From Cyclobacteriaceae bacterium (GTDB taxonomy: Bacteria > Bacteroidota > Bacteroidia > Cytophagales > Cyclobacteriaceae), in NCBI GenBank assembly GCA_028284125.1, contig JANQSI010000018.1:336998-400997 (forward strand): a stretch of DNA of 64,000 nt, written 5' to 3'. Under the pieces are notes generated by a model, which had not been told where the DNA came from, ran no database searches, and saw only the letters and a program-made list of their open reading frames with translations. A program made the position numbers and the translations under genes. Positions 9,318 through 18,869 of this stretch are shown here, in pieces. Within the stretch, counting starts at the first letter, position 1, and the number at the start of each line of letters is the position of its first letter.

Positions 9318-10381
9318 TCTGCAATTTCAATAAAATTCACTTCTTTCTGAGGGGAAAAAAGCTCTCGGCTTCTATCTGCTCGGGCATCAGTAATGAATAT
9401 TTGACCAAACCGATCTTTGTCTTCCAACAATTCGACCAGCAATTTGATCCGGGAGTCATCCAATTTATCGAAGATGTCGTCTAGCAATAGTAGAGGTTTC
9501 TCACCTGTTTTTGTCATTAAAAAATCGAAGAGAGCTAATTTCAAAGAAATGATAAAAGTTTTTTGTTGGCCTTGAGAGCCAAACTTCTTAATGGCGTGAT
9601 CGTCGAGAGTGAATTGGAAATCGTCTTTGTGACACCCAAGCATAGTGCGTTGCATCAATTGATCTTTTTCAAGATTAGCTTTGAATTCTTTTTCGAAATC
9701 AGCTGTGACATGCGTCTTGAATAGCAATCCAGGGGATTCCTTTTCATCATGTAAAGCCTGGTAATTTCCCTCCATGTAAGGAAGGAAAACATCTACAACT
9801 TCAGCTCTTTTGTAAGAAATATTTTTCGAAAGTGGGATTAATTGGTCATCGTATGTGTCGATTAGTTTTAAATCGATCCGTCGCTCAGAGCTCTCCTTCA
9901 AAAGTGCATTTCTCTGTTTGAGCAGGCGATTATAGTTCAACAACATTTCCAAGTACTCATGATCAAATTGAGAAAGGGCACCATCGAAAAACTTACGTCG
10001 CTCTTCACTTCCTTCCTTGATCATAGCCGTGTCATCTGGCAACACAATCACTAATGGAATTTTACCGATTACGTCTCTAAATTTCTCAGGCTCTTGTCCA
10101 TCAATTTTAAGAACCTTTGCTTTTCCTTTTTCAAATTGGATTGCAGCTGTCAATTGATCATAAGTTCCGTAAATGGTAAAAGAATCCTTTTCATGATTAA
10201 TTGCCAATCGGTCTGTAGATCCCACAGAGCTCTTAGTAAAAGACAAGTAGTAGATGGCATCCAACAGATTCGTCTTTCCCGTGCCATTTTTCCCGATTAT
10301 ACAGTTGATTCCATCGTTGAAATCAAACGTGGAGTTTAGATGATTTTTGAAATGAGTGAGCTTCAGGCTTTTAAGGATCAT
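9314..10381 (-). CDS. recF: DNA replication/repair protein RecF
   Basis: GKNGTGKTNLLDAIYYLS Walker A, GSQGQQKT signature, LLLLDDIFDKLD Walker B. ATG at 10381 (MILKSLKL) is preferred. Confidence 0.95.
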   Translation of the reverse strand: MILKSLKLTHFKNHLNSTFDFNDGINCIIGKNGTGKTNLLDAIYYLSFTKSSVGSTDRLAINHEKDSFTIYGTYDQLTAAIQFEKGKAKVLKIDGQEPEKFRDVIGKIPLVIVLPDDTAMIKEGSEERRKFFDGALSQFDHEYLEMLLNYNRLLKQRNALLKESSERRIDLKLIDTYDDQLIPLSKNISYKRAEVVDVFLPYMEGNYQALHDEKESPGLLFKTHVTADFEKEFKANLEKDQLMQRTMLGCHKDDFQFTLDDHAIKKFGSQGQQKTFIISLKLALFDFLMTKTGEKPLLLLDDIFDKLDDSRIKLLVELLEDKDRFGQIFITDARADRSRELFSPQKEVNFIEIAE

Positions 10382-10431
10382 TGATATCGAGTATCGATCC
10401 CAAATATGTGTAATTCTAAACGGAGTTTGTA

Positions 10432-10439
10432 TAATTTCG
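10432..10439 (+). promoter_or_regulatory. Bacteroidota -7 box variant TAATTTCG upstream of pdhA
   Basis: One mismatch to TAnnTTTG, about 50 nt before the pdhA start. Confidence 0.4.
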
Positions 10440-10486
10440 CAATCCCCAAACAATTATAGAGTCTAAATTGTCAATAAATAAAACAT

Positions 10487-11512
10487 ATGCCCATGGCAGC
10501 TAAAGCGACAGCAAAAAAGACAAAGACAGCATTTTCGAAAGAGCAGTACATGGAATGGTATCGCTCGATGCTTTTGATGAGGAGATTTGAGGAGAAGGCA
10601 GGTCAACTTTACGGCCAGCAAAAGATTAGAGGATTCTGTCACTTATATATAGGACAGGAAGCTTGTGCTGCAGGGTCAGTCTCAGCGCTTGAAGAAGGCG
10701 ACAAATACATCACTGCATACAGAGATCACGCTCATCCGCTTGCGTTGGGCACCGATCCAAATCGAGTCATGGCGGAATTGTTCGGAAAAGCCACTGGGGT
10801 TTCCAAAGGAAAAGGAGGTTCGATGCACATGTTTGACAAAGAAGTGAATTTCATGGGCGGTCATGGAATTGTTGGCGGACAAATCCCATTGGGTGCAGGT
10901 ATCGGTTTTGCGGAAATGTACAAAGGGACCAAGAACCTCTGTATTTGCTACATGGGAGATGGAGCCGTAAGACAAGGAGCTTTTCATGAAGCGTTGAATA
11001 TGGCGATGACATTGAAGATGCCTACCATTTTTGTGGTTGAGAACAATGGCTATGCGATGGGAACTTCTGTGAAGCGAACTTCAAACGTTACCGAACTCTA
11101 TACGTTAGCGGATGCTTATGATATGCCTTCTGAAGGAGTAGATGCGATGAGAGTGGAGGATGTTCACAATGCTGTGAAAAAAGCAGCTGATCGAGCAAGG
11201 AAAGGTGACGGACCTACTTTTCTTGAGTTTAGAACATATAGATACAAAGGACACTCCATGTCAGATCCTGCAAAATATCGAACCAAGGAGGAACTGGAAG
11301 AGTACAAACAGCAAGATCCAATTGAGCAAGTGAAGAGAACCATCCTTAAGAATAAGTGGGCAAAAGAGGAGGACTTGAAGGAAATTGATACTCAGATCAA
11401 AGAACGAGTGATGGAATCTGTGAAGTTTGCTGAGGAATCACCTTGGCCTGATGCTTCCGAAGCATACACGGATAACTACGTTGAATCTGACTACCCGTTT
11501 GTTGATTCTTGA
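10487..11512 (+). CDS. pdhA: Pyruvate dehydrogenase E1 alpha subunit
   Basis: IRGFCHLYIGQEA, GKGGSMH, GDGAVRQG...ENNGY ThDP motif, YRYKGHSMSDP. Confidence 0.96.
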   Translation: MPMAAKATAKKTKTAFSKEQYMEWYRSMLLMRRFEEKAGQLYGQQKIRGFCHLYIGQEACAAGSVSALEEGDKYITAYRDHAHPLALGTDPNRVMAELFGKATGVSKGKGGSMHMFDKEVNFMGGHGIVGGQIPLGAGIGFAEMYKGTKNLCICYMGDGAVRQGAFHEALNMAMTLKMPTIFVVENNGYAMGTSVKRTSNVTELYTLADAYDMPSEGVDAMRVEDVHNAVKKAADRARKGDGPTFLEFRTYRYKGHSMSDPAKYRTKEELEEYKQQDPIEQVKRTILKNKWAKEEDLKEIDTQIKERVMESVKFAEESPWPDASEAYTDNYVESDYPFVDS

Positions 11513-11549
11513 TTTAAGCTCAAAAGTTCGTACTCTTTATAAATAACTA

Positions 11550-11557
11550 TATCTTTG
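11550..11557 (+). promoter_or_regulatory. Bacteroidota -7 promoter box TATCTTTG
   Basis: Exact TAnnTTTG, 54 nt upstream of the TPR-ribH genes. Confidence 0.6.
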
Positions 11558-11610
11558 CGTGCTCAAAAATGACCGCATCATAAAAGTGCGGAGAAAAAAG
11601 ACATTTAGAA

Positions 11611-12312
11611 ATGGCAAAAGGCAAAAAGAAAGATGACGGCATAGAGATCCTGGAAGATCCAAATGCAATTGTTGAAAAAGCCAACGAGTTTTTAGAAAAC
11701 AAAAAAAACCGAATAATAGTCTTCTCTATCGGAGGGCTACTAGCAGCCATCGTATTGGGGCTTGCCGGATATAACTACTACATCTCTGATTTAAACAATA
11801 CTGCGCAGGAGGAGCTTTTCCAGGCGCAATTTTACTTTGAAGCAGATAGCCTCGGTTTGGCGTTGAATGGAGACGGAAACAACTACGGATTTCTTGAAAT
11901 CATCGATGAGTTCCCTGGAACCAAAGTTGCTAACCTTTCACACTTTTATGCTGGAGCGTCTTATCTACGATTAGGAGATTTTGATGGGGCAATTCGGTAC
12001 TTGACAGAGTTCAGCAGCTCGGATTACCTGGTTCAGGCTAGAGCTCTTGCATTAATTGGAGATGCATACATGGAGAAGGATGATTTCGACAATGCTGCTG
12101 ATTACTATGAGCAAGCATCAGAATACAAGGCTAACAAATACTTTTCTCCCGTTTACTTGAAGAAATTATCTATTGCTAGAGAAAACGGTGGCGATCTAAA
12201 TGGAGCAGTTGCAGCTTATCAAAAGATCATCGATGATTATCCTCAATCGGATTTAATCCACGAGGCTAAGAAGCATAAAGCTCGATTGGAAGCTTTAGCT
12301 GCTGAACTATAG
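11611..12312 (+). CDS. Membrane-anchored tetratricopeptide repeat protein (YfgM-like)
   Basis: One N-terminal TM helix followed by TPR helices (ANLSHFYAGASYL, ALALIGDAYME); precedes ribH. Confidence 0.85.
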   Translation: MAKGKKKDDGIEILEDPNAIVEKANEFLENKKNRIIVFSIGGLLAAIVLGLAGYNYYISDLNNTAQEELFQAQFYFEADSLGLALNGDGNNYGFLEIIDEFPGTKVANLSHFYAGASYLRLGDFDGAIRYLTEFSSSDYLVQARALALIGDAYMEKDDFDNAADYYEQASEYKANKYFSPVYLKKLSIARENGGDLNGAVAAYQKIIDDYPQSDLIHEAKKHKARLEALAAEL

Positions 12313-12330
12313 TTCCTTAAGCCCTCACTA

Positions 12331-12813
12331 ATGGCTTCATCTGAGAAAAACCTGAGTGACGTTAAGATTACCAAATCCAAGAAGGCATCAAGCTTTAAGA
12401 TAGGATTAGTCGTTTCTGAATGGAACGAGCAGGTCACAGAATCGCTTTTTTCTGGTGCGCATAAACTCTTAACCGAAGCTGGAATTCCTCGAGAAAACAT
12501 AGAACGACTAGATGTCCCTGGTAGCTTTGAATTAAGCCTCGGATCTCAATGGATGGCAGAGCGAAAAGATATTGATGCTGTGATTTGTCTTGGTTGCGTG
12601 ATCCAGGGAGAGACCAAGCATTTCGATTTTATTTGTGATGCAGTTGCAAACGGAATTACCAACGTCGGTTTGAAATACAACAAACCCGTAATCTTCGGGG
12701 TACTCACCACGAATACTTTGAAGCAAGCACTTGATCGGGCAGGGGGCAAACATGGAAATAAAGGAGATGAAGCAGCTGCCACTGCTCTTGCAATGTTGTC
12801 AGTGAAACACTAG
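12331..12813 (+). CDS. ribH: 6,7-dimethyl-8-ribityllumazine synthase
   Basis: VVSEWN, VPGSFEL, LGCVIQGETKHFD, PVIFGVLT, GNKG.EAA motifs. Confidence 0.97.
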   Translation: MASSEKNLSDVKITKSKKASSFKIGLVVSEWNEQVTESLFSGAHKLLTEAGIPRENIERLDVPGSFELSLGSQWMAERKDIDAVICLGCVIQGETKHFDFICDAVANGITNVGLKYNKPVIFGVLTTNTLKQALDRAGGKHGNKGDEAAATALAMLSVKH

Positions 12814-13358
12814 TTAATAGCACCTTTGATCCTGAATCTTATTGTGTCATTAAGCACAATCTTCTGATAACCATCGACCTGGTAACTCTTGATCTTACCA
12901 TTTAAAAAATTCACGACCACTTCTTTATGATGGGTATACACATCCTTGTCCTCATGAATGGTAGCTCTGATGGATAGCAGATTGTCGGTTGGAATGCTTG
13001 AAAAATAGGTAAGACTTCCATTTTCTCCTTCTTGAAGCTGAAGCTCGAGCGAACTGCCCTCTTTACTTTCATCAAAAGCTCCAACATAACCAGATTGATT
13101 GGGATTGATCTCTTTTAGAAAAGAAAGTTCCTGAGCCCAGCCTGTTGAGTCTGGACTGAATTGTTTTGATTCGCTTTTTCCGTCTAACCAAACCTCTTTT
13201 TCCAATTGATTGCCTTCAAGGAGTAGGACTTGATTCGACAATAAAGTATCTATTTCAGGATAAGAAGCTACCTCGATAGAATCAGGAGCGACGTTTCCGC
13301 AAGCCGAAACTACCAGAATCGAAATCAAAAAAACCTTCAAATCACCGACTCTTTTCAT
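12810..13358 (-). CDS. Hypothetical lipoprotein
   Basis: Lipobox-like LVVSA-C after a hydrophobic core; adjacent to gpmI on the same strand. Confidence 0.65.
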   Translation of the reverse strand: MKRVGDLKVFLISILVVSACGNVAPDSIEVASYPEIDTLLSNQVLLLEGNQLEKEVWLDGKSESKQFSPDSTGWAQELSFLKEINPNQSGYVGAFDESKEGSSLELQLQEGENGSLTYFSSIPTDNLLSIRATIHEDKDVYTHHKEVVVNFLNGKIKSYQVDGYQKIVLNDTIRFRIKGAIN

Positions 13359-13359
13359 T

Positions 13360-14862
13360 TTATATCAAAACGTCTCCTGTCATTTCTTCTGGAGCTGAAA
13401 TGCCCATGAACGTAAGTATAGTAGGCGCAAGATCACCAAGCTTACCTTTTTTAAGTTCACTTTTAAACTCATTATCAACCACAATGAAAGGAACAAGGTT
13501 CGTTGTGTGGGCAGTATTTGGAGAACCATCCGGGTTGATCATAATGTCCGAGTTTCCATGATCCGCAATGACTATGGTCAAATAATCATTTTCAAGAGCA
13601 GTTTTGATAACAGCTTCAGTACATTGGTCAACTGTTTCACACGCTTTTACAGCTGCTTCGAAAACACCAGTGTGTCCAACCATATCGGGATTGGCAAAAT
13701 TCAAACAAATAAAATTTGCTGATTTTTCCTGAAGTTCTGGAACGATTTTGTCACGGATATCTTCCGCACTCATTTCGGGTTTCAAATCATAGGTGGCGAC
13801 CTTTGGAGAAGGACATAATATTCTTTTCTCGCCATCAAAGGGTATTTCACGTCCGCCAGAGAAGAAAAAAGTAACATGTGGGTACTTTTCTGTTTCGGCA
13901 ATTCTGATCTGTTTTTTGCCGTGATTTTCAAGAACTTCTCCTAGAGTCCTGGTCAGATTATCTTTTCCAAACATCACGTTCACACCCTCGAAAGAATCAT
14001 CATAGTTAGTGAGAGTGACATAATGAAGATTCAGTTTGTTCATTTCATGATCAGGAAAATCTTCTTGGGTCAAAGCCTGGGTAATCTGTCTTCCACGATC
14101 TGTTCGGAAATTAAAGCAAAGAACAACATCACCTTCCTGAATTTTGGCATCCGAACAAATGATTGGCTTGATGAATTCATCTGTTACGACAGAAGAATAC
14201 GAATCCTTCATTGCCTTTAGTGGGTCTGATGTTTCCAGACCAACACCATTGACCATTGCATCATGGGCGAGTTTTACTCGTTCCCAACGTTTGTCACGAT
14301 CCATGGCATAGTATCGTCCGATGATGGTTGAAAGTGAGCCCGTACTTTTTTCCATGTGATTCATGAGATCATCTAAGTATCCTAATCCACCTTTAGGGTC
14401 AGTATCTCGTCCATCGGTAAATGCATGAACATGAACATTCGTGACATTTGCTTTTGCGAGCGCGGTGAGTAATCCTTTTAAATGTTCAATGTGCGAATGT
14501 ACTCCGCCATCAGAAACTAGCCCTATGAGATGAAAAGCTTTATTCTCTTTGATTGAGTAATCAATAGCATTTTGAAAAACCTCATTCTTTTCAAGTGACC
14601 CATCTTTGACCGCATTGCTAATTTTTACCAAATCCTGGTAAACTATTCTTCCTGCACCGATGTTCATGTGACCTACCTCAGAATTTCCCATTTGACCTTC
14701 CGGTAAACCAACTGAAAGACCGGAAGCTTCAAGTGTATTGTGGGGATAATTTGAAAAAAGATGATCCATGAACGGAGTATTGGCTGCATCTATTGCCGAA
14801 ACTGATTTGTCTTTGGCAATTCCCCAGCCATCGAGAATCATCAGGAGAACATTCTTATTCAT
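13360..14862 (-). CDS. gpmI: 2,3-bisphosphoglycerate-independent phosphoglycerate mutase
   Basis: LMILDGWG, GQMGNSEVGH, FTDGRD, GRYYAMDRD, ETEKYPHVTFF, NPDMVGHTG, ADHGN. ATG at 14862 is preferred. Confidence 0.97.
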   Translation of the reverse strand: MNKNVLLMILDGWGIAKDKSVSAIDAANTPFMDHLFSNYPHNTLEASGLSVGLPEGQMGNSEVGHMNIGAGRIVYQDLVKISNAVKDGSLEKNEVFQNAIDYSIKENKAFHLIGLVSDGGVHSHIEHLKGLLTALAKANVTNVHVHAFTDGRDTDPKGGLGYLDDLMNHMEKSTGSLSTIIGRYYAMDRDKRWERVKLAHDAMVNGVGLETSDPLKAMKDSYSSVVTDEFIKPIICSDAKIQEGDVVLCFNFRTDRGRQITQALTQEDFPDHEMNKLNLHYVTLTNYDDSFEGVNVMFGKDNLTRTLGEVLENHGKKQIRIAETEKYPHVTFFFSGGREIPFDGEKRILCPSPKVATYDLKPEMSAEDIRDKIVPELQEKSANFICLNFANPDMVGHTGVFEAAVKACETVDQCTEAVIKTALENDYLTIVIADHGNSDIMINPDGSPNTAHTTNLVPFIVVDNEFKSELKKGKLGDLAPTILTFMGISAPEEMTGDVLI

Positions 14863-14958
14863 ATTGGCAAATATAGACGTGTGCACTTTGAAGTCGATCT
14901 TTGAATAAGTAAATTCGGCATGGTTTTAGTTCAATTCACGGAACTTAACTTTTAAATC

Positions 14959-15333
14959 ATGAAGTATCTATTTGTTTTTTTGTCTTTGTTCTTAGGTCAG
15001 GGAGAGGATACTATAATCAGTGAGATCGGAACAGCCATGAAATCAGGTAGTTCTAAGGAATTAATAAAATACTGTAACGAGACGGTAGAAATCAAAATTG
15101 ATGGCAACAGTAACAATTATAGTCAAGCTCAGGCTGAAGTTGTTCTAAAGAATTTCTTTACTTCAAATCCAGCAAAAAACTTCTCATACATTCATCAAGG
15201 CTCTTCACCGGAAGGGTTGAAGTACAACATAGGAAGATACGTTCATGACAATGGAACCTACAGGGTCGTGATGTTTATCAAGAAAATTGGAGATAATTAC
15301 CTGATCGACACTTTGAATTTCAGCAAGGAGTAA
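14959..15333 (+). CDS. DUF4783-type secreted protein
   Basis: Signal peptide; YSQAQAEVVLKNFF...F..IHQG pattern typical of this Bacteroidota family. Confidence 0.75.
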   Translation: MKYLFVFLSLFLGQGEDTIISEIGTAMKSGSSKELIKYCNETVEIKIDGNSNNYSQAQAEVVLKNFFTSNPAKNFSYIHQGSSPEGLKYNIGRYVHDNGTYRVVMFIKKIGDNYLIDTLNFSKE

Positions 15334-15376
15334 CTTACTTAGCCTTACACCGCTTAATCTTACATTTTAAGGTCAA

Positions 15377-16234
15377 ATGAATCCGCCGTACTTAACTGAT
15401 AAGAATATCAGGAGCTTTATTAAGAACGCCTTTGCTGAAGATATTGGAGATGGCGATCATTCTTCTTTAGGCTCTATCCCTGAATCTGCCACAAGCCAAG
15501 CTCAATTAATCATTAAAGATGATGGAATGATTGCGGGATTAGATATGGCAAATCGCATATTTGAGTACGTGGATGAGTCACTGCAGGTGGATTTTCTCAA
15601 AGGCGATGGAGACATGGTGGAACATGGAGAAATTGGATTCACTGTATCAGGAAATTCAAGGTATATGCTAGCGGCTGAACGATTGGTTCTTAATTGTTTG
15701 CAGCGTATGAGCGCGATAGCCACCTATACCAATTATATGACAAGCCTTATCAAAGGAACGAAAGCGAGATTATTGGATACCAGGAAAACGACTCCTCTAT
15801 TTAGGCTAGCCGAAAAGTGGGCCGTTGTTATTGGTGGTGGAATTAATCATCGATTCGGACTTTATGATATGGTTATGCTAAAAGACAACCATGTAGATTT
15901 TGCTGGTGGGATAAAAAATGCAATCAAGCATACGGTTGATTACCTGGAAAAAAATAGGCTAGAACTAAAAATAGAAATTGAGGTGCGCAGCTTAAAAGAG
16001 CTTGAAGAAGTGATCGAAGTAGGCCAGGTTCATCGTGTGATGTTGGATAATATGTTGCCCTCACAAATAAAACAAGCCATTCAAATGATTGGTGGTCGCT
16101 TCGAAACTGAAGCCTCAGGAGGAATCACCGAAAAGAATATTGCGGAGATTGCAGATGCTGGCGTAGATTATATCTCAGTTGGAGCACTGACTCATTCCTA
16201 CAAGAGTCTGGATATGAGCTTAAAAGCTTTTTAA
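15377..16234 (+). CDS. nadC: Nicotinate-nucleotide diphosphorylase (quinolinate phosphoribosyltransferase)
   Basis: EDIGDGDHSS, ERLVLN...RMSAIAT, LDTRKTTP, HRFGLYD, KDNH, MLDNM, EASGGI. Confidence 0.96.
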   Translation: MNPPYLTDKNIRSFIKNAFAEDIGDGDHSSLGSIPESATSQAQLIIKDDGMIAGLDMANRIFEYVDESLQVDFLKGDGDMVEHGEIGFTVSGNSRYMLAAERLVLNCLQRMSAIATYTNYMTSLIKGTKARLLDTRKTTPLFRLAEKWAVVIGGGINHRFGLYDMVMLKDNHVDFAGGIKNAIKHTVDYLEKNRLELKIEIEVRSLKELEEVIEVGQVHRVMLDNMLPSQIKQAIQMIGGRFETEASGGITEKNIAEIADAGVDYISVGALTHSYKSLDMSLKAF

Positions 16235-16277
16235 AACTCAAAGAATCTTCCATTTTTGCGGAAAGAAATTAGAATCG

Positions 16278-16751
16278 ATGATCGTTCGAACGAAGAAATA
16301 TAAACTTCCAACTAAAAAGTACATTGGAATTGCTTTTAAAGGTGTGTTGAAACAACAGTGGTGGGTTGTTCTTATTTATCTGGCCATTTGTGCCGGTTAC
16401 TTTTGGATCCCCAATAACTGGTGGATCATCGGGCCAAGCATTGCAATGGTGCTTTATCTATTATTCTGGCTCATTCAGTTTGCAGGGGTTACTCAACTTG
16501 AACAAGGAAAATTCATGTTTGAAAAACTTTCGTATGAGATCACTTCACAGCAGATCATGCTGAAAGTAAGTGCTAATCAAGGCATGCCTGTCAAATGGGA
16601 GCAGATCAAACGAGCGAGTAAAAGAAAAGACGATTTTGTGTTGTTTCTAAGCAAGGCTCAACTTATTCACCTTCCATTTAAGATCTTCAACAATAAAAAT
16701 GAGATCAGCTTCATGGAGACAGTCTTAAAGCGGAAAAGCTATATCAAGTAA
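16278..16751 (+). CDS. YcxB-like membrane protein
   Basis: Two TM helices followed by a soluble domain with W..IK....KDDFVLF...QLIHLP pattern. Confidence 0.65.
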   Translation: MIVRTKKYKLPTKKYIGIAFKGVLKQQWWVVLIYLAICAGYFWIPNNWWIIGPSIAMVLYLLFWLIQFAGVTQLEQGKFMFEKLSYEITSQQIMLKVSANQGMPVKWEQIKRASKRKDDFVLFLSKAQLIHLPFKIFNNKNEISFMETVLKRKSYIK

Positions 16752-17218
16752 TGGCTCGAAAGCTCGAGCTAACAGAAGCAAAACAAAGGGCTGCTAGATT
16801 TTGTGCTTTCCAGGAACGATCACCCAAAGAAGTCTCAGATAAACTTAAGAGTTGGGGCCTAAGTAGTGATGATGCTGAACAAGTTTTGTCGGAACTCACA
16901 AAGGATGGATTCGTTGACTCCCAAAGATTTGCTAACGCCTTTTGTAATGACAAGTTCGAGTTCAATTCCTGGGGAAAACAAAAGATAAAGGCAAACATTT
17001 ACCAACACCAGCTTGGTACCGAAATCATCGAACGCGCACTTGACAGAATCAACGAGAAGAAATATTTTGATCGACTGAAAGACTTGGCAAGTAAAAAATG
17101 GCTTTCGTTAGAAGAAGAGGAACTCTCTAAAAGAAAGCAGAAAACCCTGGCTTTTTTGGTCAGCAAAGGGTTTGAAACAAATCTCATTTGGCAAGCATTG
17201 GGTGATCTCACTGACTAA
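16751..17218 (+). CDS. recX: Regulatory protein RecX
   Basis: RFCAFQERSPKEV, GFVDSQRFA, KFEFNSWGKQKI, FLVSKGFE. Confidence 0.92.
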   Translation: MARKLELTEAKQRAARFCAFQERSPKEVSDKLKSWGLSSDDAEQVLSELTKDGFVDSQRFANAFCNDKFEFNSWGKQKIKANIYQHQLGTEIIERALDRINEKKYFDRLKDLASKKWLSLEEEELSKRKQKTLAFLVSKGFETNLIWQALGDLTD

Positions 17219-17303
17219 TGAGTTCAAATTTGAACCCTCTCTCGGAATAGTCGTTGGATTTACATCTGTAACATAGAAACCGCTCATTATGAGTGAGAAG
17301 TTC

Positions 17304-17311
17304 TATTTTTG
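17304..17311 (+). promoter_or_regulatory. Bacteroidota -7 promoter box TATTTTTG for the DinB/ATP-grasp/LysE genes
   Basis: Exact TAnnTTTG 19 nt before ATG 17330; palindromes at 17222-17235 and 17281-17295 lie upstream. Confidence 0.55.
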
Positions 17312-17329
17312 TGCATTCAAAAAATTATC

Positions 17330-17836
17330 ATGCTTCAAGCATCAGCTACTGAACTACTTGATCAATTAAAGGGAATCATTCGAAACTGCAAAGAAGAAGA
17401 TTTTTCAAGACCACTTCCGGTTTTGAGCAATTCTACTTTTGGACAGCACGTAAGACATACGCTCGAATTCTTTCTTTGTTTATTTGATGCTAAAAATGAA
17501 GGATTGATCAACTATGATAATCGCAAGCATGATAAATTCATTGAAACAGATTCTACACTGGCTATCAGCGTGATAGATTCCATCCAGGAATTTCTTTCTA
17601 ACCAGACAGAAGATTTTGCTATTTCTTTTGAAGCAAATTACACGTTGAAAGAAGGCGAAATTATCAAGATGCCAAGTAGTTTCAATCGAGAGTTGGCCTA
17701 CAACATTGAACATGCGATCCATCACATGGCCTTACTTAAGGTAGCTGTGAATCAGTCCCTGAATTACATCGATATTCCAGAAAACTTCGGAGTAGCCACC
17801 TCAACGATTCGATATCAGGCAGGTTCCAATGCCTAA
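17330..17836 (+). CDS. DinB/YfiT-like four-helix-bundle protein
   Basis: GQHVRHTLEF and RELAYNIEHAIHH His-rich metal-binding pattern. ATG 17330 is preferred because the TTG at 17309 lies inside the -7 box. Confidence 0.85.
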   Translation: MLQASATELLDQLKGIIRNCKEEDFSRPLPVLSNSTFGQHVRHTLEFFLCLFDAKNEGLINYDNRKHDKFIETDSTLAISVIDSIQEFLSNQTEDFAISFEANYTLKEGEIIKMPSSFNRELAYNIEHAIHHMALLKVAVNQSLNYIDIPENFGVATSTIRYQAGSNA

Positions 17837-18869
17837 AATTTCCTGGCTTTCTAAATTCAAAACGAAGCTTACCCAATGGGAGTATTGGCCATTTTCGGTT
17901 CTTTACTTTCCGGTGTATTTCTATTTCGTTTGGCTGACTTTAAGAGCAAGATCAATTTTCTTTTTTACCGCCTCAAACCCTTCGATTGATTTTGGTGGAA
18001 TGTTTGGTGAAAGGAAATCTGAGATTTTCGATATTATCCCTGATAAGTATCTTCCTGTCACCAAACTGGTCCCAAAAAATGACATGAGCTCAGCTCTGAG
18101 CTTAGGAAAAGACATTGGTTTTCCGTTAATTGCAAAACCAGACATTGGCGAAAGAGGAACGTGGGTGAGTAAAATTGATAATGAAGAGGAGCTTAGAAAA
18201 TATGTTGATGAATGTCCGGTTGACTTTCTCCTTCAAGAGCTGGTTACGTACCCTGTTGAACTTGGTGTTTTTTATGTCAAACACCCGGGTCAAGAAGGAA
18301 AAGTCACTTCTATTGTCAGAAAGGAGTTTTTGTCTGTAAAGGGAGATGGAAAATCCTCTATAATTCAATTGCTAAAAAGGAGTCAGCGAGCCTTGTTGAC
18401 AGCAGATCTTTCAAGCGATTTTTTGAGCAAAGAAGGAAGTAGGATTCCAAAAGCGGAAGAAAAGATTTTGGTTGAACCAATAGGAAATCATTGTAGAGGA
18501 ACCATGTTTCTTAATGATGAAAATGAAATCAATGAGGAGTTAAACAAAGCAATTAGACAAGTTGCTAGTGAAATCCCTGATTTCCATTTTGGACGTTTTG
18601 ATTTGCGATGTAAGTCCATTCAAGATTTACGAGAACTTAAGAACTTTAAAATTCTGGAATTGAATGGAGCAGGATCCGAACCTGGACATATTTACCAACC
18701 TGGATTTTCTTTATTAAGAGCCTATAAAGATATCCTTTGGCATCTACGTGTTTTGGCAGATATTAGCATCGAGAATCATAAAAGAGGCATTCCTTATTGG
18801 TCCTTCAGGGATGGATACCGTAAATGGAAGGAGCATAAGAACCACAACCGGCTTTTGTACAAAAAATGA
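17829..18869 (+). CDS. ATP-grasp domain protein (D-Ala-D-Ala-ligase-like fold, substrate unknown)
   Basis: FPLIAKPDIGERG, FLLQELV, FGRFDLR, KILELNGAGSEP ATP-grasp motifs; N-terminal WEYWP hydrophobic segment. Confidence 0.8.
   Translation: MPKISWLSKFKTKLTQWEYWPFSVLYFPVYFYFVWLTLRARSIFFFTASNPSIDFGGMFGERKSEIFDIIPDKYLPVTKLVPKNDMSSALSLGKDIGFPLIAKPDIGERGTWVSKIDNEEELRKYVDECPVDFLLQELVTYPVELGVFYVKHPGQEGKVTSIVRKEFLSVKGDGKSSIIQLLKRSQRALLTADLSSDFLSKEGSRIPKAEEKILVEPIGNHCRGTMFLNDENEINEELNKAIRQVASEIPDFHFGRFDLRCKSIQDLRELKNFKILELNGAGSEPGHIYQPGFSLLRAYKDILWHLRVLADISIENHKRGIPYWSFRDGYRKWKEHKNHNRLLYKK

Noticed and set aside
10382-10453. N-terminal extension of RecF in the ORF track
   Set aside because: It runs through the divergent recF/pdhA promoter region; RecF homology begins at ATG 10381.
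17829-18869. Calling the ATP-grasp gene ddl
   Set aside because: It lacks the Ddl N-terminal GG.S.E motif and has a different N-terminus; only the ATP-grasp core is shared.
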